IMG/VR virus record: IMGVR_UViG_2534681705_000018
Span: 1-14,535 of that record
Strand: one strand, 5' to 3'
DNA: 14,535 nt
Source of the DNA: a virus
Taxonomy: Duplodnaviria; Heunggongvirae; Uroviricota; Caudoviricetes
A program made the translations under genes and the position numbers. The notes under the pieces are model-generated. The model did no database searches and was not told the origin of the DNA. It saw only the letters and a program-made list of their open reading frames with translations. Shown in pieces: positions 1-6,987 of the stretch (positions are counted from its first letter, which is position 1; each line of letters opens with the position of its first letter).

Positions 1-78
1 ATAAATCTCACTCTCGTTTTTTTTGATATCAAAATCATCTGTTTCAAAATCTTCCTCGTACTCAAAATGATCAGCCAT
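1..78 (-). CDS. 5' end of an unknown protein-coding gene running off the left edge; N-terminus MADHFEYEEDFETDDFDIKKNESEIY is strongly acidic
   Basis: ATG at 78-76 (minus) with AGAGGAG Shine-Dalgarno 6-7 nt upstream; frame stays open to position 1. Too short for the ORF track, so this is my own read. Confidence 0.3.
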   Translation of the reverse strand, partial: MADHFEYEEDFETDDFDIKKNESEIY

Positions 79-318
79 TTTTAACTCCTCTGGATAAATT
101 AAATCACAAATTTTTGTATTATAAATAACCGCATAAGCCAAATTATTTGAGATTAATAAAACATCACCAACTTCAATATCAACAAGACTTCTGTAACATG
201 TTTTACTAAATCCAATTACAAAATGAATGGACCAATATAATGATTTTTTGTCTAACACTGGAGCGTTTCCGTATTGGCAGACTGTGACTTTATCTAACCA
301 AAGATTCAATTCCCCTGT

Positions 319-684
319 TCATATTCTTATTAGTGGTTGAGCAGGGCTCAATACTCCATCAAATACTTTACCTACGTGCAAACGATTATATTTTAGTTCA
401 GGATGCTTTAGATTTAACGGGGAACTGGATAAACTGAGCCATTCCCCTATTAACCTTTCCGTTTCTGGCATTAAAGCCATCCCAGCGAGCTCAGATGAAA
501 TTAAGGGAAATATTTCTCCAAGCAATACCCATCCAGACCAGCTGCCACTCTCTTCTGCTATCGGTAACCATTTAGCACTAAATTCGGGCATTAATAATGC
601 AACATCTTCGCCATTTTCTTTCCAATTTTGAAAAGTGGTTTCAAACGTATGAGTGTTTCGATTTACTTTCCTCAGACCGAACAT
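319..684 (-). CDS. hypothetical 121-aa Trp-rich protein
   Basis: ORF-track ORF; ATG at 684 with AAGGA about 11 nt upstream; protein-like composition; no recognisable motif. Confidence 0.45.
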   Translation of the reverse strand: MFGLRKVNRNTHTFETTFQNWKENGEDVALLMPEFSAKWLPIAEESGSWSGWVLLGEIFPLISSELAGMALMPETERLIGEWLSLSSSPLNLKHPELKYNRLHVGKVFDGVLSPAQPLIRI

Positions 685-815
685 TAACTTTCATCCTTCT
701 GATCGTTTTCGAATTTGCTTTCATTTTCTTGCTCCTCATAAGGCTGATGTCGTTGTCCTTGTCGTTCATCTTGCTCAGTCAATACCCAACGTTGTGCTGT
801 AACTCATTATGAAAA

Positions 816-2426
816 CTATTTAATTCCCTCATCATTGATAAGGTTGGACATCTCTTTCAACATGAGAGTCATTGAAGCTTTCGACCAATTTAGCGGAATG
901 ATAGGGCTTGGCGCTTCATGCAAAGTTCCCGACTTGTGGATATAGTTATAGCTTTCGGGAAGTGCCATTTCAGGTACACTCCTGCCATTTGCACCAATCA
1001 TATTCTCGCCTGTTATTTGGGCCAATGATCTATTCATAAATTGCACTGAGTCATTCAAATACTCTTCCTTTCTTGATTCTTTATAAACAATTGCTGCTGA
1101 TTTTGCATACCATGAGTCAAAAAACCATTCTGCTTCTGTTGATGGAATGAAGCTCTTTTCTCTTTTCGCATGTGAATTTTGATCGGTATCGGTTTTAATA
1201 TCATTGAACCAAAAATTTGCCGACTGATAATTATCCTTCTCGTATCTTTTTATACCATACGGACCTGCTAGTTTTTTAACTATTTTTAGAACCTGCTCTT
1301 TTCTTCTGGTGTTTATCTTTGCAAGATTTGCAGGATAAATAACATTAAGTAAAGCCGCATCGGCTTCTCTGTAATGTTTATCTTTTTCCAGATAACCTGG
1401 GGATTCTCCCCCTAAATCAAGCTGTAACGTTATTCTTTCATAACCTTTATCTATGAGGTGGTTCAACCTCGTTGTTGAAAGAGGTTCATCCAGTTCATTG
1501 GCTTTAGCTTCGCGTAGTAAATCAGAGACAAAAACAGAGTCTTTCTTCGAGAGTAAGTTCGACAAACGTTCCAGTCCAGAGGTCACCAGTGCAACGGAAG
1601 ATGTGTTTAATCGGGCATCTTCTTCCCATGCTCCGGAATCTTCCATAACATAGAAATTGGCTTTATCCAGATAAGCAATCAGCAGCGCAACCGATTTTAA
1701 TCGGTCACCTTTTTGCCAATCTTCAGCGTTAATTGTATCAGTGTCGATTGCTTGTATAAGGAGATCAAGATAAAGACCTAACGCATCATTTTGTTTATGG
1801 TTCCACAGCTGCGGCTTGCCTTCTTCCTGCACATCTGCCATCACGGGGGAGTTGCTGTCAAATCGGATATGCACAACATTCATTTGCCCGGGAACTCCAT
1901 CCAGTCGTTTGGGGTTGCTAATGACGTCCTGCATTCGCTTAATCTGGTCGGGCGTAGACATATAATCCCACAGGGTGAGCAGAACCTTTTTTGCGGCTAC
2001 ACTATTTCCCTGATCTGATACTAATGCCATATAGCCCCATAAACTATCCCTCAGCCAGACAGCATCATAGTGGGTTTCTGCCGCTGTTTTGTCATCTTCG
2101 AAAGTAGAAGCAAGAATAAACGTTCCCCAGGGTTTCTCCGTCAACGTTAACTTTCGTGTGTTTTCTGTTAATGTTAGCAATCCTTGAATTTCGTCTTTGG
2201 TATAGTGGCTCTTTATTTCATTTTGTAATTTGGCTGAGTGAATCAAAAGACGATAATTAGGATACTTATCTGGATTTAACGATAAATAACTTTTATCTGT
2301 TGCTGCCCCCGTGGAATTAAGAATGTTAAATACAGATTCACTCGTCACTTCTGCCCCTGTCGCCTGGCATGTGCCGCACGAAAATATACCAGCGAGCAGA
2401 AGAGTTAATGCAGATTTCCCTTTCAT
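816..2426 (-). CDS. secreted glycoside hydrolase family 15 (glucoamylase-like) enzyme with N-terminal signal peptide
   Basis: ORF 816..2468; likely start at MKGKSALTLLLAGIFSCGTCQATG (ATG 2426; alternative ATG 2438). Matches recalled GH15 signatures: VWLRDSLWG (WxRDS), GKPQLWNHKQNDALG (GxPQ...D.AL) and SGAWEED (general-acid WEE). AT-rich gene unlike the rest of the window. Confidence 0.7.
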   Translation of the reverse strand: MKGKSALTLLLAGIFSCGTCQATGAEVTSESVFNILNSTGAATDKSYLSLNPDKYPNYRLLIHSAKLQNEIKSHYTKDEIQGLLTLTENTRKLTLTEKPWGTFILASTFEDDKTAAETHYDAVWLRDSLWGYMALVSDQGNSVAAKKVLLTLWDYMSTPDQIKRMQDVISNPKRLDGVPGQMNVVHIRFDSNSPVMADVQEEGKPQLWNHKQNDALGLYLDLLIQAIDTDTINAEDWQKGDRLKSVALLIAYLDKANFYVMEDSGAWEEDARLNTSSVALVTSGLERLSNLLSKKDSVFVSDLLREAKANELDEPLSTTRLNHLIDKGYERITLQLDLGGESPGYLEKDKHYREADAALLNVIYPANLAKINTRRKEQVLKIVKKLAGPYGIKRYEKDNYQSANFWFNDIKTDTDQNSHAKREKSFIPSTEAEWFFDSWYAKSAAIVYKESRKEEYLNDSVQFMNRSLAQITGENMIGANGRSVPEMALPESYNYIHKSGTLHEAPSPIIPLNWSKASMTLMLKEMSNLINDEGIK

Positions 2427-2734
2427 AAAATATTCCATCAATCGTTTGTTAAAAGCGTAGATAACCACTTATTTAACAACTTGAAAATAAGGTGTTTTAC
2501 CTGGGTTGTTACAAAAGGATTGCATTGCGTAAACGCTTTTTATTTACAACAAAATGGGGAAGTATTACGGCGATTGCGAAAAGTCTGAAGCGATTGAATT
2601 AAGATAATATAGAAAATCAGATACAGCAAAAATGGCAGATTGATCAGGTGAAGATAAATTGGAGCGGCGAAGGGAACAACACAACAAGCCACAAGACCAG
2701 TAATAAAGGCGCATTCGCGAGTTCTAAAATAAAT

Positions 2735-2758
2735 TCTATACACATTTCTATACACATT
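2735..2758. repeat. perfect tandem direct repeat TCTATACACATT x2
   Basis: Read directly at 2735-2746 and 2747-2758. Confidence 0.8.
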
Positions 2759-2770
2759 TATCACTCGCTT

Positions 2771-2850
2771 GGGGATTACACATCCCCTGTTAACCGTGAT
2801 CAAGCTGGTGGATGATCACGGATAAACCGATATGGGAATCCCCATATCGG
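2771..2850. promoter_or_regulatory. three consecutive perfect dyad symmetries: GGGGAT-N5-ATCCCC (2771-2787), CCGTGATCA-N10-TGATCACGG (2794-2821), CCGATATGGG-N4-CCCATATCGG (2827-2850)
   Basis: Inverted repeats read directly; non-coding; sits where composition changes from AT-rich cargo to element-like DNA. Confidence 0.6.
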
Positions 2851-2855
2851 CATCG

Positions 2856-2967
2856 CGTAGTTAATCGTAGTGGCTACCGTAGTAGCCTCCGTAGTTGAGT
2901 AGCAGGATGTAACCTGCCAGGAAGGAAATGATCGTGACTCGCCGTGACATGGCGTGATTAATCGTGA
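2856..2967. repeat. helically phased short direct repeats: CGTAGT x4 (2856, 2866, 2878, 2890) with embedded palindrome GGCTAC-cgta-GTAGCC, then CGTGA x4 at exact 10-bp spacing (2933, 2943, 2953, 2963)
   Basis: Read directly; the 10-12 bp phasing puts the motifs on one face of the helix, typical of multimeric protein-binding sites (integrase arm sites, TerS sites, iterons). Confidence 0.6.
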
Positions 2968-3000
2968 CACCAAACAAAAATCCTTACCCGTAGGCTTAAT

Positions 3001-3023
3001 GTAAGGCTTGGCTGTAGCCTTAC
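3001..3023. other. perfect 8-bp inverted repeat GTAAGGCT-N7-AGCCTTAC
   Basis: Read directly. Confidence 0.6.
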
Positions 3024-3035
3024 CGAACGCGCCGC

Positions 3036-3215
3036 TCACCGTCGCGGCCTGTCCGGTTTCCGCCACTGATACGGCCTCACATCATCATGCTGGTGGCGCT
3101 CCTGTTGCAGCACAACGGAAACAGGCGCTGAACACCTGTTAATTTTGCTTGCTGGTTGTTTGATTCCGGCAATGCTGCGGATCATCTCCAGCAAATCGGC
3201 TTCGGTGATGGTCAT
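3036..3215 (-). CDS. possible small ORF (59 aa, MTITEADLLEMIRSIAGIKQ...), unknown function
   Basis: ATG at 3215 with AAGGTG 7 nt upstream; stop at 3036-3038; not in the ORF track (under 60 aa); low support. Confidence 0.25.
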   Translation of the reverse strand: MTITEADLLEMIRSIAGIKQPASKINRCSAPVSVVLQQERHQHDDVRPYQWRKPDRPRR

Positions 3216-3245
3216 GATTTACACCTTAGGAAATCTTAGGGGGCT

Positions 3246-3518
3246 GGTTGACACTTTCCGGCTTAAGACCTTAATAAATCTTAATATCGTAGGTTGACAC
3301 ACTTGACACTTTTTCGGGAAAAACCTTAACAAAACTTAACCATCCCTGGCATTTCTAAGCATGGCAACTTGACACTTTTCGCTATTTTTTCGGCTTTTTG
3401 ACGTGGTAAATCTGGCGAAAGGCCAGTAATGGCGTGGCTTACAGCGAGGTTGACACTTTTTCGCGTTCAGAGTGTAAAGTGTCAACCTGGCAAGCTGCTC
3501 AACTTGACACTTTTTGAG
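3246..3518. repeat. array of six direct copies (one inverted) of about 14 bp, (G/C)TTGACACTTTT(T)CG
   Basis: TTGACAC at 3248, 3294, 3303, 3369, 3450, 3504 and inverted GTGTCAA at 3479; non-coding, directly 3' of the HTH gene at 3520-4047. Confidence 0.7.
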
Positions 3519-3519
3519 G

Positions 3520-4047
3520 TCATTGATGGCCTGATTTTTCCCACTCAGCCAGGGCGTTTAGTCCGGCTTCACTCCAGTTATCCAGCTCATCGGGACAATC
3601 ACCTGCAACATAGCAGAGCTCACAACGCAGCATACGAATTGCCAGCCTGGCATTTTCCCGAAAATCATACTGCTCAAAGTAATATTGCCCAGCATAATCC
3701 TCAAGGCAGATAGCACCATCATCAAGAAATTGCACTTCACAGCATAATTCCCCGGCTGCATCCTGCACACGCTGCTGTATGTCATCGTCCGTTACTGGTG
3801 CAGGGATTTTACCGTCTCTGGCCTTAACTGCTTTCCAGAACTCGCCCCACGTCATTTCCAGCGTTCTCTCTGGCCACATTTCAGAAACGGGGTTTTTTCC
3901 CTGTGCTGGTGGGCTGTTCCGCTGCTCTGTCGCTTCCACATCAATTTTTTTGCCAGACATGATCACTTCGCCTTTCTCGATCCAGTCGTAAACTGTCTGG
4001 CGGCTTACGCCTTTGTGTTTGGCATATTCTGCCTTGCTCATCAGCAT
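3520..4047 (-). CDS. HTH DNA-binding protein, 175 aa; N-terminus resembles lambda Nu1/terminase-small-subunit winged HTH; Cys-rich C-terminus; candidate packaging-redirecting or regulatory protein
   Basis: N-terminal KAEYAKHKGVSRQTVYDWIEKGE parallels recalled Nu1 KKQLADIFGASIRTIQNWQEQGMPV; C-terminal RCELCYVAGDC; ATG 4047 (or 4041) follows the upstream stop by 6 nt with GGGTGAG Shine-Dalgarno. Confidence 0.6.
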   Translation of the reverse strand: MLMSKAEYAKHKGVSRQTVYDWIEKGEVIMSGKKIDVEATEQRNSPPAQGKNPVSEMWPERTLEMTWGEFWKAVKARDGKIPAPVTDDDIQQRVQDAAGELCCEVQFLDDGAICLEDYAGQYYFEQYDFRENARLAIRMLRCELCYVAGDCPDELDNWSEAGLNALAEWEKSGHQ

Positions 4048-4053
4048 TATGAC

Positions 4054-4725
4054 TCACCCTTCTTTTTCCAGTTGAGCCAGCCGCCCGGATATTTCTTCCA
4101 GTTTTTCCAGGGCTGGCTTGCAGGCCGCATCAATAACATCCCGGACCATTCCGGCAAGCTGCTCTTCTGCTGTCGGCGTTGTTACTTCCACACCCGATGG
4201 TTTCCCTCCCTTATCCCATACACCCAGCGGTACGAGGGCAACGTGATCGATAAGAAATGGCGTACCCTCAATGACAAAATTGTCCTCGCCCATTACATCA
4301 GGAACTTCTGCCCCACCGGACGCACCACAAAACACAACCGACGGGCTGGTGGATACCTCCCCCCGGGCTTTCTGGATGTAATCGATGATTTCCTGCCCGT
4401 AAATCCGGCATACGCCCCACACCTCGTCATCGCGAATATACGGCAACATAACGGTGCCAATAATGCGCGACCGTTCGCCCACGTCTTCAATGGTTTTGCC
4501 TTCGGGATGGTCGATAATGACGGGTACTCCGGCGCAACGTTCCAGGAACTGCGGATTGAGATAAGTTTGCGGTGAACGCCAGACAAATTCTTTTTCTTCG
4601 GCGCGGTAGGCCATTCCGGTTCCTGTGATACGCAGGTTAACCAGCCACATGTTGGAGAACTGATAAGGCGACGGTAGCTGACCGTCCCGAATCTGCTTCG
4701 CCGCCTCAATTTCTGTTAAAAGCAT
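4054..4725 (-). CDS. hypothetical 223-aa protein with coiled-coil C-terminus
   Basis: ORF-track ORF; same operon and strand as neighbours; no motif recognised. Confidence 0.55.
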   Translation of the reverse strand: MLLTEIEAAKQIRDGQLPSPYQFSNMWLVNLRITGTGMAYRAEEKEFVWRSPQTYLNPQFLERCAGVPVIIDHPEGKTIEDVGERSRIIGTVMLPYIRDDEVWGVCRIYGQEIIDYIQKARGEVSTSPSVVFCGASGGAEVPDVMGEDNFVIEGTPFLIDHVALVPLGVWDKGGKPSGVEVTTPTAEEQLAGMVRDVIDAACKPALEKLEEISGRLAQLEKEG

Positions 4726-4789
4726 AATGTTATCCGGTTATAAGCAATAAGCCCCGCCAAATCCGGCAGGGCTGAACTCAGCACGTTTT

Positions 4790-5368
4790 TCATGCCCCCG
4801 CGAGGCTTGCAGTGTTAATTTTGACCAGGCGACGGGGAGGGATTTTGAAGGCGTTCAGCCAGACGTTCGGATCGCCCTGATATTCAGTAATACGACGACC
4901 AGCTTCATCCATTCTTACGGTTTTACCCAAATGGCCCGGCGTGTTTTCCACGGCCCACTGAGCACTTTCCTGAGCAGCCTTGTAAATCTGATCTTCCAGC
5001 ACCGCCAGCGTTGCAGAATCTGAAACGGAACGAATATCCACATCACTGAATTTTTTAGCCAGCTTCTGTGCGCCAATTAATGCACGCTTGCGGTAATCCA
5101 TCGACTTTTCACCAGCAAACGGGGCCGGAGCTCGACGGCCCATATTGCTGTATGCGGAATCCGCTTTAGCCTGGGCTTCTGCCAGTGAGGATTCATCTTC
5201 GACTGACGCGACGATGTTTTGATTAGCGTTATCCTCTTTTATGAAATCCTGTGCGGGGATCGCATTCAGAATTTCGATAATCTCCTGCGGAGTGCTGCCC
5301 TGCGACTCTGACAGAGCGTTAACCACCTCCATCAGTTTTAATCGCAAATCTTCTTTGCTTGCTGGCAT
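4790..5368 (-). CDS. hypothetical 192-aa protein
   Basis: ORF 4790..5377 opens on GTG; in-frame ATG at 5368 has a better Shine-Dalgarno (GAGAGGTGG). Confidence 0.55.
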   Translation of the reverse strand: MPASKEDLRLKLMEVVNALSESQGSTPQEIIEILNAIPAQDFIKEDNANQNIVASVEDESSLAEAQAKADSAYSNMGRRAPAPFAGEKSMDYRKRALIGAQKLAKKFSDVDIRSVSDSATLAVLEDQIYKAAQESAQWAVENTPGHLGKTVRMDEAGRRITEYQGDPNVWLNAFKIPPRRLVKINTASLAGA

Positions 5369-5407
5369 TTTTACCACCTCTCTTTTTTCACCAAAAAATC
5401 ACGACCA

Positions 5408-5587
5408 TCAGGCCGGACGTTCTACGGGATAAAGCGCCCGCTGCATTAAACGCCGGGCGACCTCATGAATGCTCGGAGCAATCCCCAGCGGAGAATTGCG
5501 GCGTTCCTCGTCCTGGATGCGCTGTAATGCTTCAATCTGATCACGAGCGAGTAAAACGGGTTTCACGCTGGCTTTTCTCATAGTCAT
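5408..5587 (-). CDS. small 59-aa protein (MTMRKASVKPVLLARDQIEALQRI...), possible small DNA-binding regulator
   Basis: ATG at 5587 with AGGAGA Shine-Dalgarno; first gene after the tandem terminators; assignment is tentative. Confidence 0.45.
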   Translation of the reverse strand: MTMRKASVKPVLLARDQIEALQRIQDEERRNSPLGIAPSIHEVARRLMQRALYPVERPA

Positions 5588-5605
5588 ATCTCCTGAACAA
5601 AACAA

Positions 5606-5700
5606 TGATTATGATTGCACAAACTGAAATGACGATCTACATCGTTGCAATTTATGAAACGATAACGCATGATGATCGCGTTCTTCCCATTGACTTCAAT
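5606..5700 (-). promoter_or_regulatory. promoter/operator region for the 5587->3520 operon with repeated ACGAT/ATCGT dyads and a CATAAT -10-like hexamer
   Basis: Between terminators and the first gene of the next operon; dyads GACGATctacATCGT and AACGC-N8-GCGTT read directly. Confidence 0.4.
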
Positions 5701-5704
5701 CACC

Positions 5705-5745
5705 TGAAAAACAAAGCCCGCAACACTTCTGGCTGCGGGCTTTTT
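5705..5745 (-). terminator. second, bidirectional intrinsic terminator
   Basis: 8-bp stem AGCCCGCA/TGCGGGCT (5715-5722, 5734-5741), 11-nt loop, T-runs on both sides. Confidence 0.6.
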
Positions 5746-5753
5746 ACTGGCAC

Positions 5754-5777
5754 AAAAAAGCCGGGAAAAATCCCGGC
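5754..5777 (-). terminator. Rho-independent terminator right after the PerC-like gene
   Basis: 7-bp GC stem GCCGGGA/TCCCGGC with 4-nt loop, followed on the minus strand by a 6-T run. Confidence 0.7.
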
Positions 5778-5782
5778 CTCCG

Positions 5783-6070
5783 TCACTGACTGCAATTTTT
5801 CGATCCAGGGTATTTCCTGAATGCCTTACCATTGGGCTGATGTAATCCCATCCCGGCATGTGCCCGGCTGATGGTTTCGCGCATCTCCCCGAAATTATCC
5901 TGCCGTGCTGGTGGGCGTGCTGCCTTGCGGATACATTCCGCGCGACGTTTTGCCGCCTGTTCCCGTGCCTTGTCATCATTCGCCAGCATGATGACCTCAG
6001 CCCACCGCGCCGCCGCTCTCCGGTACAGACCACGCGCTTCCAGTGCTTCCGCTTTGCTGTCGTGAATCAT
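5783..6070 (-). CDS. PerC/Pch-family transcriptional activator-like protein (95 aa)
   Basis: AEALEARGLYRRAAARWAEVIM matches the recalled PerC-family core (AEELE.KGLWRRAAARWLEVM); ATGA start/stop overlap with the upstream gene. Confidence 0.55.
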   Translation of the reverse strand: MIHDSKAEALEARGLYRRAAARWAEVIMLANDDKAREQAAKRRAECIRKAARPPARQDNFGEMRETISRAHAGMGLHQPNGKAFRKYPGSKNCSQ

Positions 6071-6609
6071 GCGCCTGTTTTCTCCCTGGCTGCCCGGCGC
6101 TGACGTTTGCGCTTCTCATTCAGCGCTACCAGCCGCGTTTCTGCGTCCTGTTGTTCCTGTGGTGTCACCTCGCCGCACGGCTGGCCTTTCAGGTCGTAGC
6201 GTACCCCACCAGCCATTAAGGCGCGGTAATAGCGCGGACACTGCGCATAAGATGCCAGCGTCGCACGTAATGCCCCTGGCCCGAATGCCAGCCCCCTGAC
6301 GGCGAGATCCTGCATCAGGTCGTCGAATATCCCCACCTTAAGCGGCTTCGGTGCTTCCCGGCTGAATAATTCAGGCCACAACTCAGTGAGGCGGTTAACG
6401 CGCCTGCGGTTTTTGCGCTGGCGCTTGGTCATATGCCGCCACGGTGTCGCCCCTGTGGGCTTCTGCTGCGCTTTCTGGTTACCGGGCATCACTTTATGCG
6501 CCGACGTGGTTTTATCCTGCTCCTGTGCCGCCTGCGTCGTTTTCTGCGGCGTGCCATAAATGCCTTTCGGTTTTCTGTTAATGGTCAGCTTAGTCATGCT
6601 TTGCCCCAT
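6067..6609 (-). CDS. ProQ/FinO-domain RNA-binding protein with a basic N-terminal extension
   Basis: LTELWPELFSREAPKPLKVGIFDDLMQDL ... YYRALMAGGVRYDLKGQPCGEVTPQEQQDAETRL parallels recalled ProQ N-terminal domain ([22 protein letters not shown] ... RVDLDGNPCGEL); likely true start ATG 6597. Confidence 0.65.
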   Translation of the reverse strand: MGQSMTKLTINRKPKGIYGTPQKTTQAAQEQDKTTSAHKVMPGNQKAQQKPTGATPWRHMTKRQRKNRRRVNRLTELWPELFSREAPKPLKVGIFDDLMQDLAVRGLAFGPGALRATLASYAQCPRYYRALMAGGVRYDLKGQPCGEVTPQEQQDAETRLVALNEKRKRQRRAAREKTGA

Positions 6610-6937
6610 CGTTTTTACTGATTATTTCATGCCCGGAACTTTCATCTACCGGATACCACGCAAATGATCCAGGTTCATCAGAAAGAATGAATTTTGTGTT
6701 TGGCAAATACATGCATTCGTAAAAACCATCTTCCTGATGATACGGTGCCATTCCATACTCACCAGTAAGAATCGGTAATATTTCAGAATAAATTTCTGAA
6801 TCACCAGAATAAAACACATCACAAATCGCCCATGCTGCAATCGGACTATACCAGTCGTTGCCATTATCATTCCTGAATTTTGCCCACCAACCCTGAACCG
6901 CTGGCGAAATATTTTTGGGTATAGCTTCAAGAAACAT
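6590..6937 (-). CDS. hypothetical 115-aa Trp/Tyr-rich protein, first gene of the ProQ/PerC operon
   Basis: ATG 6937 with strong AAGGGGG Shine-Dalgarno; 3' end overlaps ProQ-like start. Confidence 0.55.
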   Translation of the reverse strand: MFLEAIPKNISPAVQGWWAKFRNDNGNDWYSPIAAWAICDVFYSGDSEIYSEILPILTGEYGMAPYHQEDGFYECMYLPNTKFILSDEPGSFAWYPVDESSGHEIISKNDGAKHD

Positions 6938-6987
6938 ACAACCCCCTTTGCAACTCTATTTCTATAATTTCGTGATAAAAATTCCAA

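Noticed and set aside
597-812. 71-aa plus-strand ORF
   Set aside because: Hydrophobic, low-complexity translation; sits in the intergenic/promoter region between two minus-strand genes and overlaps the 121-aa gene start; no Shine-Dalgarno.
2771-2850. Looked for a tRNA or tmRNA 3'-end fragment (att core) at the presumed distal boundary
   Set aside because: Only a 7-nt TGGTGGA resemblance to the complement of a tmRNA 3' end; no T-arm-like sequence. The att core cannot be called without the flanking tRNA outside the window.
2540-3066. Two minus-strand ORFs (87 and 88 aa) over the AT-rich and structured region
   Set aside because: They span the palindromes and phased repeats, have odd composition and no credible start context; the region reads as non-coding regulatory DNA.
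3369-3403. 12-nt string TTTTCGCTATTT that I recall also occurring beside lambda cosN
   Set aside because: Recalled from memory only; no cosN-like GGGCGGCGACCT or P2/P4 cos sequence found nearby, so the match may be chance and I do not call a cos site.
3246-3518. Possibility that the repeat arrays are a CRISPR array
   Set aside because: Repeats are short (10-14 bp), irregularly spaced (54-81 bp), include an inverted copy and have no uniform spacers or nearby cas genes.
4015-4709. Plus-strand 186-aa ORF and minus-strand 138-aa alternative-frame ORF inside the 223-aa gene
   Set aside because: Shadow ORFs of the better-supported 223-aa frame, which has operon context and coupling.
5584-6103. 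Several overlapping ORFs (149, 81, 64, 76 aa) around the PerC-like gene
   Set aside because: Arg/Ala-rich alternative-frame or antisense translations of GC-rich coding DNA; the PerC-like frame has the family motif and start/stop coupling.
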